40,420 nucleotides of DNA from Raillietiella orientalis (lineage: Eukaryota), in assembly GCA_036172245.1 (NCBI GenBank), contig JAYWIR010000005.1, positions 6,200,001-6,240,420 on the forward strand. The letters run 5' to 3'. The notes under the pieces were generated by a model. That model made no database searches. It was given only the letters and a program-made list of their open reading frames with translations, and was not told the DNA's origin. Below, one piece after another: positions 1-13,075 of the stretch. The position numbers were made by a program, and so were the translations under genes. How positions within the stretch are numbered: the first letter of the stretch is position 1; each line of letters starts with the position of its first letter.

Positions 1-619
1 TCATCTTCCACGAAAAGCTCGGCCTCTGCAAGTAGACGAGGCAGGACCTCTCCTCCTCGTTGGCGCACCGGAAGTTGGCCCTCAGCGAGTAAGTGGGCTC
101 GAAGGAGTTCAGCCTTTTGACTTCGTTTATTTTCTGGATGACGCACGACCTTGAGTTGTCGTCGAAGAGGTTCTGCATGAACTGCAGGAACTCCATGAAG
201 AAGGACACCAGGGACTGGATCGCGTCGATCTGGAAGTGGCGCTCTTCGTTAGTTGAGGGCGAGGGCCCCCTTCCCACCACACCCACCCCCTCCGGCGCCC
301 AGGTGGCTCTCGGAGCGCGGCTGGATGGGTCACCATCTCCGAGAAGGGGGGTAGAAGCGGCGGAAGCACCCGGGACCCGGAAGGAAGAGAGCGATCGAGG
401 AGGAGCCTGCCAAGCTGGACCACCCTTCCTCTTCCCCACGAGGAGCGACCGGGGCGAATCGCGGGATTCATGGAATGCAATGGGGAGAATTCCGCAGGAT
501 CGCACTAAAGATGGACAGCGCGAGGGCCACTCTTCCGCTGTCCAAGTGGCCACTTCCGGTGCGGGAGCGTTTCCAGCAGGGGGAGTCCGGGAGAGCAGAG
601 CACCATCTCTGTCATCCAT
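1..619 (-). CDS. Open frame running off the left edge; possibly ORF1 of another non-LTR element (unidentified)
   Basis: No stop from 706 to position 1 in this frame; ATG at 619. Low-complexity N-terminus (MDDRDGALL...EEWPS) then a globular-looking part (ERHFQIDAIQSLVSFFMEFLQFMQNLFDD...SFSWKM) with mostly G/C third positions. Absent from the ORF track because it has no stop. Confidence 0.45.
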   Translation of the reverse strand, partial: MDDRDGALLSRTPPAGNAPAPEVATWTAEEWPSRCPSLVRSCGILPIAFHESRDSPRSLLVGKRKGGPAWQAPPRSLSSFRVPGASAASTPLLGDGDPSSRAPRATWAPEGVGVVGRGPSPSTNEERHFQIDAIQSLVSFFMEFLQFMQNLFDDNSRSCVIQKINEVKRLNSFEPTYSLRANFRCANEEERSCLVYLQRPSFSWKM

Positions 620-1924
620 CGAACTAACGAATGAGCGGACCGTTCCTCCCTGGGATGAGGAGCGTCTTGGGTAGGGAGCGCATTCCGCAGCATTCCCTTG
701 TGACGTCTACACTTGCGCGAGTAATCAGGCGCCCCGCCGCTGCAGAGCGTGCCCGGCATCCCCGGATTTTTCGCCGCATGCCGCGGCGTGGCGCAGCTGA
801 CGCGCGGCGGAGAGGATTCTCGCCGAGAGTGGCGCCCAGGGGGTAGTGAAGGGGAGGGGGAAACCCGTGAAGAGGTTTTGGGGTGTTCTGAGGAAGGGGG
901 GGAAGGGGCAGACGCGATGGTTCGGGAGGGTTGCTCTGAGACCTCGGGCCGCCGTGGGACTTCGCGTGCCGGGAGTGGGGACGATCGCGAGGCAGAGGAG
1001 CAGACTGCATGGAGCAAACGAGCGTTGCCCCGCCTTCCCTCCCTGCCCGGCAGCTCCTGGCAAGAATGCGCCGCGCGGGACCGAGTCCTGGCTACCTTGA
1101 TTCAAAACGGACCGCAGAGGGAGCAATAGAGACGAGCAGGAGCGTTGGGGAGGGGCTGGGAAGCTCCGCCTCTGGACGTGCAATCCGTGGCCGTCGGCGG
1201 CCGAAAATCTGCAGGGAGTCGAGCGGAGGACGGAGGCAGGTCGAAGAGAAGGCCGGAACTCGGAGACGAACCTGTGCAGCTTCTCCAGACCGGGAGACCT
1301 CCCCCGGAAGCGGCCTCTGGGAGCTTCCGCTGCCCGCGGGAGCCGTCCACGGAGCCGCGGAGGTCCTCTCGGAGAACGCGGAAGGGAAGGAAGGTGGAGG
1401 AGCAGCGAGTCAAGCCGAACGCGGAAGCCGATTCGGGTTCTCCTTTTTTTTTTCATCCGGCCCTTGGGAGCGCCTGAGGTCGCGTCTTCTTCCTCTTCCC
1501 TAGCGCGGAAGCCCAGAGTCGCTGCAGCGTTTCGAGTACTACGCGGGGGGGGGGCACTCACCGGATCTCCGCGGAGTTGCTTCCCCCCCATCAAGACCAA
1601 GAGGATCACGGCGCAGGTAGACGACATCTTCCTCATCTCTTAGAGCGCAGCTTCCGTTCCTGGGTTCCAGTTCGCCTCCTTCCGAGCGGATGAGGGACGG
1701 GCCGGAGAGATCCGTGGTCTCGAGGAAGCGACTCGGCCTTCGATTGCTCCTCCGCCACAGCCCGCGCCTTCTCATAAAGCGTCCGGGGATCGGGAGATCA
1801 ATTGGGCAAGCTGTTTTCCATCCTCCTGGTCCCTGGAAACCGTCCTTGGGATGGATGCTGTCCTTATTGCCTTAGAGATTACTCCTCAGCTTCGTTTATC
1901 TTCGTCCCGAGAACTTTATCGTCC

Positions 1925-1941
1925 AAAAAAAAAAAAAAAAA
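1925..1941 (+). repeat. poly(A) run (17 nt), possible retro-insertion tail
   Basis: A17 seen directly; no TSD found. Confidence 0.5.
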
Positions 1942-3479
1942 TCTTACCGAGTCGTCGATTTCTTCTTCGAAGCGACAGCGGCTCCTCTGAGTGGGGTTTT
2001 CACGGAAACCGTAGGTGAGCAGGGTTGCTCCGAAATCGAGCTCACCCGGGGTTTCCCACGTCTCCTTGCAGCTCTGTCGGAGGAGTCTCGGGGACGAGGC
2101 GGCCTCTTCTGCGAGAAGCCTGATCCTATCCGCGAGCTCGCATCCGAGAGCCCTGGAGACGCGAATGCTGCTGATCCTGAATGAACAGCCACAGGATCAC
2201 TCCCTGCCGAACGTCAGCATGCTGACCCATTTCCTGCCGGCGGTCAGATTCAGCGGTCCGGAGTCAGTCAGGACGGCTGGATGTATGAGAGACACCACTC
2301 CCTGTCCTCCGGGAGCCATTCGACCCCTTTTCACGTCTTCCCCTTCATACCCGGGACGTTTCGCGTTGGGCGAGAAGCTTCTCCACTTCCCTGTCTCGAG
2401 TGCCATGGGCGCGGTGGCGGCCCTCCCCTGCACATCGACCGGTCTTCGCGGGCGCTCCACACCCTCTGCGGATCTGCTGGCCGGCACTCCGCAGCTCAGG
2501 ATTTTGGGCTCGTCAGGCTGCTGAGTCTTCGCACGCGCGGCCCACCGCACGAGATCCCGAATGCTCGTGACCGGAGGGTCTGGAGCGGCGCGACCGTCGT
2601 CCACGTCCGCGATCCGTGCTCGAGAAGTGTCGGCAGTGGCGGTACCAACGACAGCCGAGGGACTCCATTCTTTCACAGACACTGCCGCCTGCGCGGCTCC
2701 GACCGGTGCCTTTTCGGAGGCTGACATCGCCCTGGAGGGATTCCAGAGCACGGTGGGTTCCCATCAGCCATAACCCAAGGTGCCTCCTGGAAGGAAAACG
2801 GCAGCAGCAGCAGGCGGCACCGCCTTCTCCAGTGCTGTGGAGGTACTCAGCACGCTGCGCGTTGAGGACGGACTTCCTCGATGACCTCACCAAAGTCTTC
2901 GGAGAGTTGTTCCGAGAGAACAGAACAAGCCCGCATCGGCGGCAATGTATCTACGCGCTTCACGGGCGGCACCGAGCGTCGAGGGATCGAATCCCACCTG
3001 GAAACGGATCGCGCCAGATACATGAGCGCGTCGTGGGTTCAAGCTCTCTCTCAAGATGACGCTGGTTGGACTCTATTCGGGTTAGGCGCTGGCAGCTGAA
3101 TGCTTCCGTTAACTGGCCGGGATTGGAAACGACTCTCCGGGGTCCTTCCAGGGAGCGAGGAGCCGGTTCCTTCCAGGATTCTCCTCCGGTTGTGCAAAGG
3201 AGTGGATCCCCACTTAGGAGGGACCCTCCGTCCGTACCAAGGAGTAGGTGTAGTACCTCTCCAGAGTGTCAAAAGCGCGCTGCTCCCTTCGGCGAGCTCT
3301 CCTCGGAGAAAATTGGACCCTCCCCCTTTTCAGGATTCTCGTCAGAGGAGAAAACGAGGAGAGGATCCTTCGAGGGGGATCCCTCCGGAGAAGAAATGAG
3401 AAGCGTCCCCATCAGAAACCCTTCCAGAGAGAACGAGGAAGTGGTTTTCCCTTCGGGGTTCCCTACCGGGCGTCGGAGG

Positions 3480-4020
3480 TTTGAACCCGGTCGCTCCGGG
3501 ACGTTTATTCAGAGAGCAAACCACAAACTTGAGGGATATTATCCCCCCCAAGACACAAGAACGCCCATAGAAAAAGTTCAACACGGAAAACCACCGGCAC
3601 GCAGGCAAGCTTCAAAAAAGAAGGGAACGGAGGGAGGGGACACAAAATAAACAAAAAAAACAGGAGAGGGTGGGGACAGGGATCTTTGGTATCGTATGTT
3701 CCTCTTTTTCTAGAAGCGGCGCTTGACGATGGCGACTTCCCTGGCGACTTTTCTGGGAAGATGAGGCCACCTTGCAGCTGTCTCCATAAGGTTGGCGGCT
3801 ATCCTGGTGGCGTCCTTTCGCTGCGAACTCCCTGCGAGCTTACGGCGAGCCGTCGCGATGGCGCGGATGGTGTTGCCATCACAGCGCCCTTCCTCAGTCC
3901 GCCTTCGCTGAAGGAGCAGCAGGCTGATGGCAGTGTCCTGGGGACGACGGAGTGCCGAAGCAACTCTTTGCCATCACTCCCGCAAAACACTGCAGTCCAG
4001 AAGTAGGTGTGGAAGGATGC
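3480..4020 (-). mobile_element. L1/Tx1-type LINE 3' fragment (ORF2 zinc-finger tail + 3'UTR)
   Basis: Minus strand LPHLLLDC...AARWPHL; pyrimidine-rich UTR; ends AATAAACGTCCCGGAGCGACCGGGTTCAAA. Confidence 0.85.
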
Positions 4021-4057
4021 AAAGTTTTTTTCGAGTACGACGTACTCTAGGCTAGGT

Positions 4058-4429
4058 ACCGATTGACTACATAAAGTGCTGATCAAAGTTACTATAATAA
4101 TTGTTTATTTATTCCACATTAAATAAAATATTTTACGTTTTTCCCAAACAGATACTGTCTATTTAAAAATTATGCTTGTAATTCCAATGAAATCAATGAT
4201 TCATTCAGAGTTTTAAGATATCACAAGGATGAAAAGCAAAATAAATTCTATACGACACCGAGAAAACCCGCGAATAGTTAGTCGGTATAAATCGAATTTT
4301 GTTTGCTGTCGTCGCTAAGGTAACTATGGGAACGTAAGTGTATGCGTCCACCCCAAACATGGATGGTGTTAACTTATGTCGCGTGTATAAGGTAAAAACA
4401 TTTGCCAGGCGCATGTATGCGGCCATAGC
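4058..4429 (+). repeat. Left arm of AT-rich inverted repeat (partner 5694-5998); possible DNA-transposon TIR
   Basis: ACCGATTGACTACATAAAGTGCTGATCAAAGTTACT... aligns to the reverse complement of 5694-5998, with one non-aligning internal block. Confidence 0.85.
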
Positions 4430-4489
4430 ACTCAAAGGGTTAGAATGAGCACCTTTAAGAACCTCCGGATACAAAGAACAGCTTTTCGT

Positions 4490-5305
4490 CAAATCTCATG
4501 TCTTGAGAGGCGTTTGGAATTCTCCGTCTGAGAGCTTGGATGGAGGAGGAGACCATCGCTTTCAGAGCTGCCATGCCGCAGTAGCAGGTTGGAAGCCTCC
4601 CTGAATCTCTGTTCTTGAACTTCATCCTCTGACCGAGGCGCTCCCACCATCTTGGTCATAGTTCTCCCTCCCTGTCTCCTCCTTCCGGGATGGCACGTAG
4701 CCGAGTGGGAGTGCTTTCCTGGACTGCATGAGATGCGGACTGAAGCGATTCCTCACCTCTCTCCTCAGTATGAAGCTTTCCTGTCGGGATGGAAAGGGGT
4801 CGTTGCAGCTCTTCCGCACCCAACCGATACATCGCTTGACCCGGAGACGCTCTTCCTCTTCCCGCAACGGCTCTCCCAAGACTCAGTAACGGCGATGCTG
4901 TGCTACGTCCGTGACTGCTACTGCATTCATAAAGGCACTCGCGAAGGCAGGATGCTTGCCAGGAAGACTAGGAGGTTCTTCTGGTAACTGTCATGGTGAG
5001 AAGGTGGCAGCAGGTAGTCTCACCTCAGGCAAGCGACAGAGACGAACTCGCACGCGCATTCCGACGATTATTTAGAAGTGGTAGGAACTTGACTGCATAC
5101 ATCCTGATGACCTTCTTTCCTTCCTACATTAATCATATGCGCACTTTTTACATATTTATTGCCCTTTCCCTTTTGTCCACCCTGAACGGAGTTTTGCCTG
5201 GACGATTCGCCTGTCCGTGCATGCCGAGGCGATGCACCCTGCCCCCTCCCTCCCATCTGGATGCTCGCTGCTCTTCTTAACAAACGTCCTGGTGCAACGA
5301 GGTTC
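4490..5305 (+). mobile_element. Decayed L1/Tx1-type LINE 3' fragment between the inverted-repeat arms
   Basis: DCMRCG/TEAIPHL zinc-finger remnant (frameshifted), MLCYVR; ends AACAAACGTCCTGGTGCAACGAGG (degenerate family terminus). Left boundary approximate. Confidence 0.75.
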
Positions 5306-5693
5306 CGCATGGCGGCACGGTCCACGCGCGCCATCTCTACCCTCCTCAATCCATACCCTCCAGCCTCGAATGCGCAATGCCCATGGGGCTCTCCTCAGCT
5401 GCTCGTCTTCCGAAAGCATTCGGTTCCCGATTCCGATCCCGCGGAGTCCGTTGGGAATCCTGTTCTGGAGTCCTTGCCTTCTTTCGACCGCCGCGGATAA
5501 CTCCCGGGCCTGCACGTGTCTTCTTCTCCCGACGTGAAAGTTCGTTCTCTCCATGGGCTTCTTGAGGGAGGCTTGTGGCTGGCCCGTGGTCGTAGCCGCG
5601 TGGAATGTTGATCAATCATATGAAGCATCCATCATTACATTCTGAATATTCCTTATAGTATTTAATTCCGTTCGGCGAAAATTATCGGCGTGG

Positions 5694-5998
5694 GCTATGG
5701 ACTCATATGTGCATCTGGCAAATGTTTTCACCTTATACATGCGACATAAGTTGGCACTATCAATGTTTGAGATGGACACATCCATTTATGTTATTATAAT
5801 TACCTTAGCAACGACAGCAGACAAAATTCTATTTACATCGGCTGACTATTCGCAGTTTTTCTCGATGTCGTATAGAATTTATCATATTGTTTTTTATCTT
5901 TCTGATATTTTAAAAATGGCGAATAAGTTTAAAGAGATTCTTAATAAATAAACAATCATAACAGTAACTTTGATCAGCACTTTCTGTAGTCAATCGGT
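5694..5998 (-). repeat. Right arm of AT-rich inverted repeat (partner 4058-4429)
   Basis: Ends AGTAACTTTGATCAGCACTTTCTGTAGTCAATCGGT, the reverse complement of the left-arm start. Confidence 0.85.
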
Positions 5999-8900
5999 GG
6001 CATCTCTGACAGAGCGCGCGGTACGCGAAGAAGCACTCCGTCCACAGAGGTCGCAGCTGCCACTCGCGTGCCGTCAACACGGAACGTTTCAATCTGATGG
6101 GCTCCGCACCCAAAGGGTTAAACGAGTTGTCCACTTTTGAACAACGGCACTGCCTTCTGTATTACCAACAAGACCCACCTCACCATTCAGGGAGTCGTCG
6201 GAGAGGGAGCTGCGGGCATCATCGACCAGTATAATAGAATAAGCAGGTCAACCGATAGTCCATGACCACTGAGATGAGAAGTACACAAGTATCTTCTTTT
6301 GGTCACTACTCCGACTACGCACTTTATGAATCGATAACTCACCCGTTGAAGCTCTTCATGTTTCTGCAAACGGTAGATTCCGTGGAGTAGGCACCAATCC
6401 ATTCCAATCCAGCGGTGTCGTGACTGATGATGAAATAAGGATGAGTGGAATGAAGATCCTCATAAAGTCTGATGCTCACTAGCATGCCACTAGCACGATT
6501 GCGTGCAATCATGGTGGTGACACTCTTCTATAAGAGGCCAGGATCAGAGAGGATTCACACACACAGCTGTGGCCCATCCGGAGGCTGTTCGATACAGGTG
6601 CATCCGCACTGGACTTCAGCGTGCCTGGCCTGCAAGGGAAAGATTGGTGCTCCTCCAAGTGGGTCTCCTGCCCATCGGGAAAACTCAAGGCGAACGTCAT
6701 CATTCAAGAAAGAGCGTCTCTTCCTTGAATGATGCAGTCTCGTGCGAATCCGTGTTACGTGGACAGCTCCACACGCGATTGAGGGATGCAAAGGTGTGGA
6801 GATGTCGCCAATAAAACCGCAATGATGGAATGAAAGCTTTTCCGTATTCCCTTGCCAGTAGAATCAGAAAGGGTCGTAAGAAAGTTCTCGAGCGAGCACC
6901 AAGGGATGACAAGCGAGAGCAGGTTGTTCAATACTTGAGGCTCCGCAGCTCAGTGAAACAAAAGGTCTCCCTTCCTCTTCAACTGCTTTCTCTTTCTGCG
7001 CAATCCCATGAGTTCAGTCCAGGTGGCAATTAGACAGAGGACAGTAATGATACCAGGACGTTAGAGAACAGAGATGTTCAATATTTGCCTATTGAGAGAA
7101 AAAACTCAAATGTTTTAGATTGGAATTGGAAAAAGAGCGAGGATCATTAAGGAGAGACTAGCTATACTAGGACGATCCAATCTTCCTGATAATCTAGCAG
7201 AGATGAGTGAAATCTGTCTGAATTGCCATCGGAGTCCGCAATTTCTCAAACAGACCTTTGCTTCGACCGTTCCATGGGTCCTGACTCTACACCTCAAGGC
7301 TCACGAAACGCTTGTTCTCCTCATAACTGCCGAGTTGTTGACCTTACCCTTTCTATGCAGTTCGCCGCTCGTACTGTCAACAGGGTGATGCAGGCTTCAA
7401 GTCCTGCTGAGACATTCCTCGTCCACAGGAAATCCTCAAGAAGCGGGTAGATAATAACCTTGGACCAAGAACAGCAGCAGCAATATGTTACTGTTCTTGG
7501 TTCCTCTCACCCATGTACAAAGACTGAGCATTCCTTCTTCCGTAGATTTCTCTATGTTCTGTCAACCATAAGAATTGTCGACGTCTGCGGACATGCTCAG
7601 CGGCTCCGACTTGCAGTCATGGTATTTGAAATTCTTTGGTCTCAGTGACTGCGCATTTGGTTTTCTTCGAAGCAACCAAACTTCGATTCCCTTCGATTCA
7701 TCTCGATGTTTTCGACCACGGTTTCTGAATGAGGAAATTCCCCTTTCTCATTCATCGCTAATTCCTTAGCATAACTTCAAGGAGGTTTAAGGCAGTCTAC
7801 GACCAGCTGTTTATATTCAGTGGAATAGGCATTTTTTTCTTTTGTCTCCCTTATCGCCACCAGAATTTTGCTCCACCTCCTTTAACCGTTCGCTATCTCC
7901 TGATCTTTTTCTCGGATGTCGAAACCTTCTTAGATAGCTTGGAGAGCCTTGTTTCATTAACATTTGCAGTATCAGCTTCATCATCGTCCTGTGACTCTTG
8001 AGTCACAGTGTGCCAGGTCCATCTTTCCATTCTTTTCATGTACTTCTCCACTGATTTTCTCCAAAACCGTTGCTCTAAGACGATCTCAATCTGACAGTCA
8101 TCCACGAGAGCAAAGTATTAATTCAGCAGTCCGTCAAGTCTCTTAGTCTCCCGCAGAGGACCTTCTTATCCAATTGATGCTTGAAGGTTGCAATCACTAG
8201 CATCGGTCTGCTACGAAGTTCTGGGCGGTGTTCATCATTGCAATCCATTTGTTTATACGAGCTGGGTGTGGGGACCGCTTCAGATCTGTGCGTGGACCGA
8301 ACCTAATTCGTGGCGTTCATCCCATTCCTCATTTTCCACATCGCCGATTTCGGCCTCCATAACTGATGACCAGCCCGATGCTCAAAATTTTCATTTTTCT
8401 AATCTCCATCCACTGCATGCAAACGTGCTGAAATAGCTAGGAATACAAACCTACTAAAGTGTCAGTCTCAAGGGGGTACAAGACCATGGTTCAGTGGCAT
8501 CAAGTTGCAAGCATAATTATCAACGAGGAGTTCCCATTTTGTGGGATTGTGGAACATGGAAGTTTTGGTCACTATTAGAACCACGAATCTCCTTAAGAAT
8601 TTAACTTTCAATGCTACTTGATAGGAAATTTAACAAATTCATTACATACAAGCCAAATTCTGGTTGGTTCTCATTTAAGAGTTCGCACAGAAAGAAACGT
8701 TTCAAATTTATTTCGGGAGCATATCGGAAGTAATTGAGACCGCATTTTGAGGACAGCTGTCTAGACGTTAAAGACGCGAAGCGAAGAAGTACTTGCCTGC
8801 CTCTGGCTGCACCAATAGGTCACGGCGCTTTGAAACGGGGGGATTTGAATCAGTTCCGACTGCATTCAACCGTATCCATGTTCCTGGAGTGTCCTTAGTT

Positions 8901-11900
8901 TATTTAGCTTTGCACGATCTCCTGCAGTATCCAGCGAGCGTGCCTTTTCAGGCAAGCGTTTTTTGTACCGCTCGGGGCGTCGATCTTTTGGGACCTTTTG
9001 AAGTTGTTTCATTCACATCGGAACTTTAAGCATCGAGCTGGTCATCAGTTATGGAAGTCGAAATTGCTTTGCATCGCTTTCTGAGATCTCGGGTGCAGCA
9101 GCAGTTTTTACTGGTGCACTTTCCCTCTCTGGCTACACAGTACAATGGTGGTGATGTTTAGTAGCATATTTCAGGCTGCGGTAATAAATGTAGTAAAATA
9201 TGAGTTGAAAATCGCAGGTGACTAGTGCCCTTTGCTGTGATCAGGGATGGCAAAAGCCTTCTTCACGGTTCTCTTCCTTATGCGATTCGAACCAGTTATC
9301 CAACCCAGGTATTCCAGAAAGAGGAATGGCTGCTGGATGTGGATGTTGAACAAACCATCCTCAAGACAGCTTCCTGTCACCCACCTTGCATGTCCCGTAT
9401 GCTCGACAAGATCGATGAGCAGCTACCAAAGTCAGTTGGTATTCTCTAGTTGCGCACATCGAGATAAGAAACTACCCTTAAGATAACCAGGGTATCCATG
9501 TATCCACATGGTACTTATTTTGATGTCACACAAGGTGCTTGTTTCGCCTTTTTCGATTTCGTTTTGTATTGATATGTACATCACATGCTGAGGCATAAAG
9601 CAGATTCCAAACCAGGCTGGTTGCCGTTTTTCTTGCTGAGACGAACTACTTGAAAATGGAATGAGGAAGTGCCACACCTATCCAAAGGCTACATGAAAGC
9701 AGCGATGAAAGCGTATTGCAGGAAAAATCAATCCAGAATTTCGTCACAAGATTCATACTTATAGACAGCACAGGAAACAAAGCAGAAAACCAGAAAGTAG
9801 GAAATATCCAAGATCCGAATGGATTTGAGATACATGACTTAGTATGTGGAAGATTTCCTTGCTCTACACATGTATTTGTAGTGATGGACCAATTCCTGGA
9901 TAATTGGAGGTAAGTGGATGAATGTTATCATAATGGATAGCCAGGACTTATCGAATAGAAAAATTCCGAATGTATTTTCTTACTGATTTGGTTAGACCAG
10001 CGATCGTTTGGAAGTGGGTGTAAATTTGAAAGAGAAAACCGTTGCCTTGAATACCCCTGAGAAGATTCTTTGACTCCTTTTCAATAGTCCTCGCATATTT
10101 TTGACAAGATCAATAGTAGTTCTTCATCCATCCTTCTTCATTGGAAGTTATTACTATTGCGAATGGTTCTCATGATTAGAGCGACAACACTAATCACAAT
10201 ACCGGATATTTCATTTCAGAAAGCGATAGATTATTTCCGGTTCCGAACGTTCTGTCGATGGAAAGAATGTAGTTCGATCACAACTTTCATTCACGTGAAA
10301 CTTCCACCTTTGCTGAATCTGATGCGGAGCAACTGGCAAAGCACAGCGAGTCTCGCTGGCTCCTGCCAATCTGTGAGATGAAATTCCACACAGCAGCACA
10401 GACTCCCACCACGCAGGATGGGAGATTGCAGGTTGAAGTGTTCGGCATCCGTACCATTAGCGCTCTTCTCAAGACACGTGAGCCTTGATTTCGTCTTCCT
10501 ATCGCATCCGACAAGCTTTCGTTTATGCATCTCTATCATCTCTATAGATTCTCATGTTTCCTTTTCATAAGGTATGATCCGTAAAGTGCCATCTACTTTA
10601 CAAATCATGTACTTCTTTCGACTTTGCCTCTCCTGCGATTGTGTGTCTGAATGGCACAATAATTTCCTAATTTTCGTCTTCAGCTGGAATCAACTCGCTG
10701 TTTTTTCTATGAATTTATTCTTGTAAAGTGACTGAATAAAGCTCGGAACCTTCAAAGAATAAAACTCTTATGCTGAGTTGTTTGAAGTTTTAGGACTCCG
10801 AGCACCTAATTGTCCATTCGTAGGATTTTTCCAATTATTGCCTCTCACATCTTATGCAAAAATTATTGGAAATCAGAACCATGCAGCGGTGAAAATTCAG
10901 AAGAAATGTGATAGAAAGGTCGGACAGCTCCATTAATTCATGAAGCATCTTTTACTTCTATCCGAATCTATTTATGTTCGTAATCTCAGTGAGAAGATCT
11001 GTTATCTCATCTCTGACGTCTCTGTCATTGCTGAACAATGCTTGCAACAGGTTGATTGAAAGATCATTTGAACTCTCATGCATATTTGAGGTCATTTGTA
11101 TGGACTATGTTTAGAGAATGTATACAATGTCATGTTAGTTAAATTACAGCAATCAGTTTTCAAGTTCATTCTGCCTCATGATTAATTTTATTCTGAATCC
11201 CTTTCATCAAGGATGAAAAGTTACTTTGCAGTTGTTTAGCAAACGAAACTGGGAAACCTGGTAACATCGTATTCTTGCAAATCAGGGATGGCGGCGCCAA
11301 GAACAGTCCGAGATGAAAATGCGTTTCAGGTGGGAAGTGCTACATGGCAGCTAAGCTCAGGGGTTGTATAAGGATTGCAGAAAAAAGGAAAGAAAGAAAG
11401 GAAAAAAAGAGGACTCATGAAACTACACCCATTTCACTGAAGTAGCATACATTTCCCAAAGTAAGAGACTATGCATAATTGAAAAAATGCTTTCTGTACT
11501 TAAATAAATTTACTTTGAAGAAATTTGAACTTAATTTTTTTTAAATAATACGGAAGTGCTCTTGAAGGTCGAGGTTGATGGTTTTGCGTGACCGAAAGGT
11601 AATAGAAAGAGATTATGTATCAGAGTAAGAGTATGCATCAAAATTTGCTTGAAACATGCAAATTGTGGTAATCTAGTTTTTCCAAATTAACTGATGCTCC
11701 AATTTTGTCCCAAGAATGGATCCCTTGTGTTGAAATCAATGCTTAACAAAGTGGTATTTTTTATAGTTAACCTATTGGTTTGTGAAGTCATTAAACAAAA
11801 AGCCTGTGTTGTCTTGCATAGCAAGAAAGAGAATTTAAGTAGTAACAGGATAAACTGACCTGAGCAAGTACGTCCTTCAAATATATGTATGAAAGCTTTC

Positions 11901-12652
11901 AAGTGAACATAAATTGAAGTTCATATAATGTTCTGCTATAAATAGATAGGTTTATTTATTGCTTCAGGATCTTTTACTGTTTATTTCTTCACCTTGTTTA
12001 ATTAAGTGTTTGAGTTTTTGCTGTTAATTTCTTTTTGTGATGCTTTACAGTTGCATATGTGACTTGAAACTTTCAATAGCTATATGTAAGTATTGCTCAG
12101 TATGAGCAATGGCTTACTCAGGTGTGGTGTTTCAATTCTTGAAGTACCTACTTCAAATTAGTATTGCAAAACTAGTGTATGAACTCTATTTTACAAACAT
12201 GAGGTCGCTAATCTGGAGCATCTCGTAAAATTGGAAAATTTTTCATTTTGGCTCAAGAAGGATGAATGTGGCCTCATGGTTTATCGAGGACACTCAGGGT
12301 AGTGATTGAAAGCTCTGCATCTCCTGTCCTGAGCAACCAGCGAATACCTATATGGAGAAAGGAGGAAGGGCTACCTGGGATTGGTGAAGATGGCCGATGA
12401 ATTGGCCACGTTCATTAGGGACAACTGTCTTCAATTACTCGGCTCCCCGGACAATGAGGTCAAGAAGTTGGGCCAGAAGATGCTTCAAGAGGTGTCTGAA
12501 TGAGATTCCTCGAGCCATCATCAGATGGGGATCTCGGAGAACTTATGACGATTACTTCCTCTGGAAAATTCCCGAAACGCAGCAGGGTCATCGAGAGCTT
12601 GGGGTCAAAAGACAGAAAGGCTTCGAGGAGAGCAAGTGTACTGGAATTTCAG

Positions 12653-13075
12653 TTTTCACACCCAGGTGCGCCGGGGCGTGTATTATAAAAATAATAAACA
12701 ATCTTGTGTGGGGCCATCAGTCCTACAACGTGCTAAAATGTTCTTGAATATTCGGGATCTGCCGAGGAACCGGACCGCAGGCCGGCGATGTTCGCCTCGG
12801 CAGCAGAGGGGGAAGGGACAAACAAAAAGGAAAAAATAAAGAAGACACTATTTACAAAAAATGGGAGGGCTAGAGAAGGGATCGCTGTCTGCTGGAGGGC
12901 GTCCTTTGCATCCTTTGCAGGATGCCGCCAAGTTTTACCCGAGTATGCCCCAGGTGGGGCCGTCTTGCCGTCGTCCGCAGGAAGCGCAGGGCGAAGCAGA
13001 TGGCGTCCCCATCGCGCCATCCTCTTCTCGTGTAGCTCGAGGCCGCCACAACCCCACGTAGGCAGCAAAGAGCTT
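12653..13075 (-). mobile_element. 5'-truncated L1/Tx1-type insertion, antisense within the Utopia-like element
   Basis: ALCCLRGVVAA...PHLG tail; end AATACACGCCCCGGCGCACCTGGGTGTGAAAA; degenerate TSD GGAATTTCAG/GGAAGTTCAC; the Utopia-like reading resumes on the right. Confidence 0.85.

Noticed and set aside
93..1636. Long track ORFs (93-674 +, 725-1636 -) and similar antisense ORFs such as 39123-40037 -
   Set aside because: These are shadow or low-complexity frames expected in GC-rich sequence; they show no domain motifs.
5306..5610. Possible RT fragment on the minus strand (DTCRPGSYP, NRMLSEDEQ)
   Set aside because: Motifs are too degenerate to support a feature call.
5697..5951. Paired small ORFs (4205-4492 minus, 5697-5951 plus) as a conserved protein
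   Set aside because: Differences between the two arms are mostly amino-acid changing in this frame, so there is no sign of coding selection.
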